A stretch of DNA of 64,000 bases from assembly GCA_946965045.2 (NCBI GenBank), contig OX337234.1, positions 3,782,001-3,846,000 of the forward strand, written 5' to 3'. Both the position numbers and the translations under genes were made by a program. This DNA is from Epithemia pelagica (Eukaryota; Protista; Bacillariophyta). This document shows, piece by piece, positions 58,859-64,000 of the stretch; within the stretch, counting starts at the first letter, position 1; each line of letters begins with the position of its first letter. The notes under the pieces are model-generated. The model worked only from the letters and a program-made list of their open reading frames with translations. It made no database searches and had not been told where the DNA came from.

Positions 58859-61366
58859 ATGGCTTCCCCCTCTAATAATGGGCCAGGGACTCCTTCTCCA
58901 TCAAGGAGGAGACCAACGAAGAAAAAAAAGGAAGAGGACAAACTACAGGCTGTCGATGTCACGCTAGTGACCCCCTTTGGTATGGGATGTCGCCTATGTG
59001 GGAAACCGTTCGGAACCAGTCTATGGTCCATGCAAAGGCACCTTAATGGCCATGGTGTGTCTGTCTCACGTTCTGAAAGCCAGACACTGATAAAACATCA
59101 AATGACCCTCCTTCAAGGTGTTATGCAAGACATTTCAAGTGTCTCTCAATATATGAGGGGGGAAAAGGTCAAGGGCTATTCATGTCATTGTCTTGTTGGG
59201 AGCTTGAAACTTCAAAATGTGTACAGACATTTGTCCTCGGGTCGTACCTGCGGTGCTCCCTCCCCTACAGAAGAGGAACTACAAATCAGTACCTGTGGCC
59301 GTATGATTTCCCTCAAGGCATTACAGATCAAGTATTCCTGTCAAGAAGCCCCTTCACTCAAAACAAGCACACAACTACAAGCAACTCTTCATGTACTCCC
59401 CGATATGATGGGGTGTTTTGTACCCCTTTTCCATCCCTTGGCCCAAGACGAACCTTACCCATCCAGGCCCAAGGGAAGGTCATTCAAGGAACGAGTGCAT
59501 TTCTTATATGACTCCATCAACTTGAAACACATCATTGACAATCAACCACTCTTTGATTTGTTGTACCATCAAGGAGAAAACTGGCTCACAGCACAGGCTG
59601 CCCTCCATGTCCAGATGGTTCCAGCAAATTACCGATCAAGGCTGTTGGTCTTTGATGGAGCAAGAAGTCCCAATGCGATTTCTACTTTCACCTTCACTGC
59701 ATACCCCAAAAGACTTCTCCCCGAGTTCAAGAAATTGCTCTCGTTCCTGTGTCAAAGCAACCACAAACTTCTGCCACTCACTAGAGATATTCCCTCTTTA
59801 CTGGCAAAGCTTTGTTTAGAAACAGTGGATTCTGTTCAGCATCATACCACAGTCATGACCTACTGCGCGGGGAGAGTTGTCCGGGGGCAAGAAGGTTCAG
59901 AGACACTTTCTGTTTGGAGTCCCTCCTACATTGCGACAATGCTGTCAGCCATTTTGGCCATGCTTCGGGCCAGTATTTGCTCAATGATATACTTCATGGG
60001 ACGGGGCTACCATGAGAAAGCTTCTCGGCTGGTGGAAAATGTTCAAAACTCCATCACAGTCAATTTTTTGGCAAGTACGATTCGGCGTATGCGGGAGAGA
60101 GAGTCGCTCACACCGTCTTCACGGAAAGTGTCCCTTCAAGACAACTACGATATACTTGTTGATGGTTTTATGTTCAAGTTTCAAAAATGGTCGAACGTCA
60201 TTCCGATCATCTTTGACAAGTTGGTTGCTTCACTTTGCAAGGTGATCAAGGGTAATCGTTGGGTGAATCTACTGAATCGACGATATCCACTGTTCGTGTG
60301 TTGGAGTTCTATGGGCAAGACAACAATGACTTTGGCATCGGGTCACAATAATTACTCCCAAGAGGATATTGTTCTTCAGGACGACTATGATCTCTGCGAC
60401 ATTGATGTCCTTGCCTCCTATTTGAAATTGGCATTTCATGGAACAGGTTTGGGGTCCATGCGATACACTGAAATTTCTCGTAGCCTGTTTTCTGACGTGC
60501 GGTGGCATGGAGGCTGTGTGTATTACTACTCACACAGTGAAAAAGTGTTCAGTGTTCACCACAAAGGTAAAAATTTGACTGAGCACAAACTTTGCATGAC
60601 CTTGAGTCGAGCATACATGGTCTTTCGAGTGCTATGTGAGCTTCGCCATGAATCTCTTGGTTGCCTTGTTCCTGTGAGAAATAATTGGGCATTCTACATG
60701 GGTGATGCTGTGGCAACCATCTTTGGGTTTGAGGATCGCCTGGACTGTACACAAATCAGGCATTTGTGGACATCTGTGTCCAATGTACTTTTTCCCCAGG
60801 TGGATGAGACAGCAATACATAACCAGCATACAACTCAGATGGTCGCAGAGCAGTCGGGTCATAGTTATTGGACCCATAGAGATCATTATGGATCTCTATC
60901 CGGAAACACGAAAGAGGAGTTGTTCATGATATACCACAAGGCTTTGGGAGAAAAATTGGTTCAGAAAGAGACAGTCATTGCGAAGGGACTCAGTGACGAA
61001 CAGATACTACTCACATTACGTAAACTGTTTGGGCCTGCTGCCAATTACACTTGCGACTAGCAGCGGGACATGTTGCACTACACTTGCTCGGAATATGAGA
61101 GACATGGTCACTTTGGCTTGCCGTGTGGAGGGGGTAAATCGATGTCATGGATTTTGCCAACAACCGGGGTGAGGTTGTATGGAACCAAACAACAGACAAC
61201 ACTAGTCATTGTTCCCTATAAATTCCTGGCGGGATATCATGACGAGAGTATGATATCTACGGCGAAACAGACTAAAGTTGATGTCAGATCAGTGACTTTG
61301 ACAGCATCAGATTTCTCATTGGGTGAATTACCAGATGTCATTTCTGACATGAAGAACCTTCCCTAA
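58859..61366 (+). pseudogene. C2H2 zinc finger, tyrosine-recombinase-like and RecQ-like SF2 helicase fusion (telomere-linked-helicase-like); nonsense codon at 61058, truncated at 61366
   Basis: GCRLCG...RHLNGH; GSMRYTEI (R 60461), TQIRHL (R 60758), EQSGHSYWTHRDHY (H 60860, Y 60887); after TAG the same frame gives LPCGGGKSMSWILP and TLVIVPYKFL. Confidence 0.78.
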
Positions 61367-61380
61367 TAGTTTTGCTAGGA

Positions 61381-61530
61381 ATTGACCTTTTTCCGGTGCG
61401 CACTAAGTTCACTCTGTAGAATCACATGCGCGACCGGAAAAAGGTCGATTTCAAATCACTGTATTGCTGCGTGCTATATTTAGTGCGACCGGAAAAAGGT
61501 CGATTTCGACCGGAAAAAGGTCGATTTCAG
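61381..61530. repeat. Array of CGACCGGAAAAAGGTCGATTTC motifs (three direct plus one inverted)
   Basis: Direct copies near 61430, 61486 and 61507; inverted GACCTTTTTCCGG at about 61384-61397. Confidence 0.8.
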
Positions 61531-61718
61531 AACCTACATTAACTCTCCATAGTAAACCATATTCCTTCTTGTCGCTCAAAGATTTTGAGGTGAATGATCT
61601 CTGGTGTTAGGGCCTTTTCAGTTTTTGAGGTGAATGACCCTCTTTAGGGCCTCTTTTTTGGCTGCAAAGGGTCATACGTCCCAAACCTATTTTGACCATA
61701 GGAACGACAACAGCCACC

Positions 61719-62615
61719 ATGGAGTTTGACGATTACTTGGGGCTTGTGGACTTTGCCACACCCTGTGGCTTGGTCTGTAAACTCTGTGGTGGTGGTTTCC
61801 GAGCAAACATGAAGTGCCTTGCTCGTCACGCCAAGAATTGCTCTGAGGTTCATGCAGTGTCATTTCGGTTCCCTGGAAGACATCTTGGAAAAAAGATACA
61901 CGACTTGGTGGAGAATGCCAACAACCAACCGTTTGATTGTTTCATACACGAGTCCAAGGAAACAGATATCAAGTATTTCTGTGGTCACTGCGACAAGATG
62001 TTTCACAAGAAGCTTTTGTGCGAGAAGCACACTGCTGGTTGTTGCAACAATGCTGAAGTGATTCCGAAGACCTTCCACAAGCTGAAGTGTGGATGCTTCA
62101 TGCCAAGGCCCCAAAGAGAAACCATGCAGCAAGAAACCAACTGGACCCCAATAATTCAAGTTGAGAATTCAACATTTACCATGCCGCTGCCCTGCAGCAG
62201 GTTACCCAACGAGTTTGCAAGTTCAATTGAACCATTATTGCATCCAAGCGACACTTTGGGAAGGTGGCCCGATGTACTGAGTAATATGATTCCTGGCACG
62301 TTGGAGAATGCCCTTGGAGACATTGAACAAGGAATTATGTTTGAAGCCGAGTATCATAAGAGAGGAAATAACACTGCAATCAACCGACTCTATCAGGTTG
62401 GTTGTTACCTTCTGGACAGGATGGCTTCGATCGTAATGGGGATTCCAGCAGACATTCGGAGTCGGATTGCTAAGTTTGCTTTCCATGATGGTGATGTGGA
62501 TCACTCATGGAATTTCAGCCATCGACATGATTATGACAAACGAGTGAAACCTCTACTCCTCTCTCTCTTGTGTTTCCTGCATCAGAGGCAGTGGACGTCT
62601 AAGGAGGTTTTTTGA
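61719..62615 (+). pseudogene. N-terminal zinc-finger fragment of a second, diverged member of the 58859 family
   Basis: TPCGLVCKLCG vs TPFGMGCRLCG; GIPADIRSRIAKF vs MVPANYRSRLLVF; KRVKPLLLSLLCFL vs KRLLPEFKKLLSFL; ends before the recombinase region. Confidence 0.7.
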
Positions 62616-62644
62616 AGATAAGTGACTGGAATTCCACCAACAGG

Positions 62645-62825
62645 CGCGTGACACACGCCCAATAGGCGCGTGCAGCACCCCCAGAACAAGGATCACGCGC
62701 ATTTGGCGCGTACGAAGCGCGTGGCGCTCCAGATTGCGCGTGAATGCGCGTGAAACGTGTAGACAACGCGTGAAACGTGTTGACACCCGCGTGAGCATGT
62801 TTATTGTATGTGGAAACGCGTGCAC
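62645..62825. repeat. Cluster of CGCGTG / AAACGTGT motifs
   Basis: About nine CGCGT(G) copies in 180 bp within AT-rich surroundings. Confidence 0.7.
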
Positions 62826-63122
62826 AGAGCCTAACCTTTGCCTAGATACCTAACTACTAGCTACACATATAACACCTAGTATTCCAGTCGCACGTAAACT
62901 CCAAAAGCGACCCACAAATTTCTCCTCCACCACCAAATCACGTCACAGTGACATACGAAGAACAATGGACACAAAATCACAGAAGAACGCTGAAAATTAG
63001 ATTTTCCTCACACAACAACCACACAAAAGATATACTCTCCCACTTTTGTGATCACTTTTTGACGATAGTGTCATAGAGTGGCTCATCCAACTCACACCAA
63101 CCCCCAACGCCCCAAAAAACAC

Positions 63123-63178
63123 ACAACAGCAGCAACAACAACAACAACAACAACACAACAGCAACAACAACAACAACA
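63123..63178. repeat. (CAA/CAG)n microsatellite
   Basis: ACAACAGCAGCAACAACAACAACAAC... visible directly. Confidence 0.85.
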
Positions 63179-63240
63179 TCTACAACAAACAGGCGAACAC
63201 AAAGAGAATCATTTCCTTTTTCAAATTGGAAAGGTGCTAG

Positions 63241-64000
63241 GTAAGCCAAGTCGACAAGACAACAGTGAGAGTTCGTTTTGTCGTTTTCCTATATGCCCAC
63301 TAATCATTTTCTTCTGTTTCCATGAAAACCCAACCATGTGATCGCTGTTTGGCAACTATTTCTTCCCTCCTATCATCCCACAAGACAATTTTCAACGCTC
63401 TGAACGACTGGATTGATGGTTCTGTTTGAAAAAGGGCGAAGACACCAAGTTGGTGCACCCATTTCATTCTCCCATCAATTTCCATCGACCAAAACTGGTT
63501 GGATTGCTGGATTGCCGCTGCTTCTTCCCTCCTATTATCCCAGAAGACCATTTTCAACGATCTGAACGGTCGGATTGGTGAGGATTCTATTGAACAAAGG
63601 GCAAAAAGGTAAGCCAAGTCGACAAGACAACAGTGAGAGTTCGTTTTGTCGTTTTCCTACATGCCCACTAATCATTTTCTTCTGTTTCCATGAAAACCCA
63701 ACCATGTGATCGCTGTTTGGCAACTATTTCTTCCCTCCTATCATCCCACAAGACAATTTTCAACGCTTTGAACGACTGGATTGGTGGTTCTGTTTGAAAA
63801 AGGGCGAAGACACCAAGTTGGTGCACCCATTTCATTCTCCCATCAATTTCCATCGACCAAAACTGGTTGGATTGCTGGATTGCCGCTGCTTCTTCCCTCC
63901 TATTATCCCAGAAGACCATTTTCAACGATCTGAACGGTCGGATTGGTGAGGATTCTATTGAACAAAGGGCAAAAGACACCAAGTTGGTGCACCCTCTTCC
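63241..64000. repeat. 368-bp tandem repeat with internal ~178-bp subrepeats, running to the window edge
   Basis: GTAAGCCAAGTCGAC at 63241 and 63609; each unit holds two related CTTCCCTCCTAT..ATCCCA.AAGAC.ATTTTCAACG blocks. Confidence 0.9.

Noticed and set aside
61430-61530. CRISPR-like array (also considered for 17500-17670 and 25057-25190)
   Set aside because: Too few units, no unique spacers of constant length, no cas genes, eukaryotic context.
63300-63982. Repeated ~105-aa minus-strand ORFs as an ankyrin- or LRR-like protein
   Set aside because: No repeat-family consensus; each ends in a stop; the GTAAG-based + strand splice model also hits stops in all frames.

Overview
Eukaryotic genomic DNA, most likely a pennate diatom (inferred from short GT-AG introns, a CoDi-like Copia element, a bipartite plastid-targeting leader and poly-Q/T-rich proteins). 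No rRNA, tRNA or CRISPR was found. Left to right: (i) a rearranged patch with three pieces of a small membrane-protein family, an 889-bp TIR element with a 9-bp TSD, and a 5'-truncated STAND-ATPase pseudogene. (ii) Two giant 4-exon genes (about 2332 and 2891 aa) encoding membrane-anchored DUF1800-DUF1501 fusions; the larger also has a WW domain and a cytochrome-b5-like insert. (iii) A partial tandem duplicate of the larger gene, into which a full-length 7980-bp Copia inserted (169-bp LTRs, CACGT TSD, gag and pol in one frame separated by a single TGA plus hairpin, two disabling indels). (iv) NDUFB9, a plastid thioredoxin-like [2Fe-2S]/TPR gene, a sulfotransferase and a head-to-head pair of fucosyltransferases (GT10 and GT23-like). 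(v) A subtelomere-like right end with a decayed zinc-finger/tyrosine-recombinase/RecQ-helicase fusion gene, a diverged paralogous fragment, motif arrays and a 368-bp tandem repeat. The best candidates for undescribed systems are the recombinase-helicase element, the WW/TM/DUF1800/b5/DUF1501 proteins, the putative gag-pol readthrough signal and a possible sulfated-fucan gene cluster. All domain calls are by-eye motif recognition; no searches were run.
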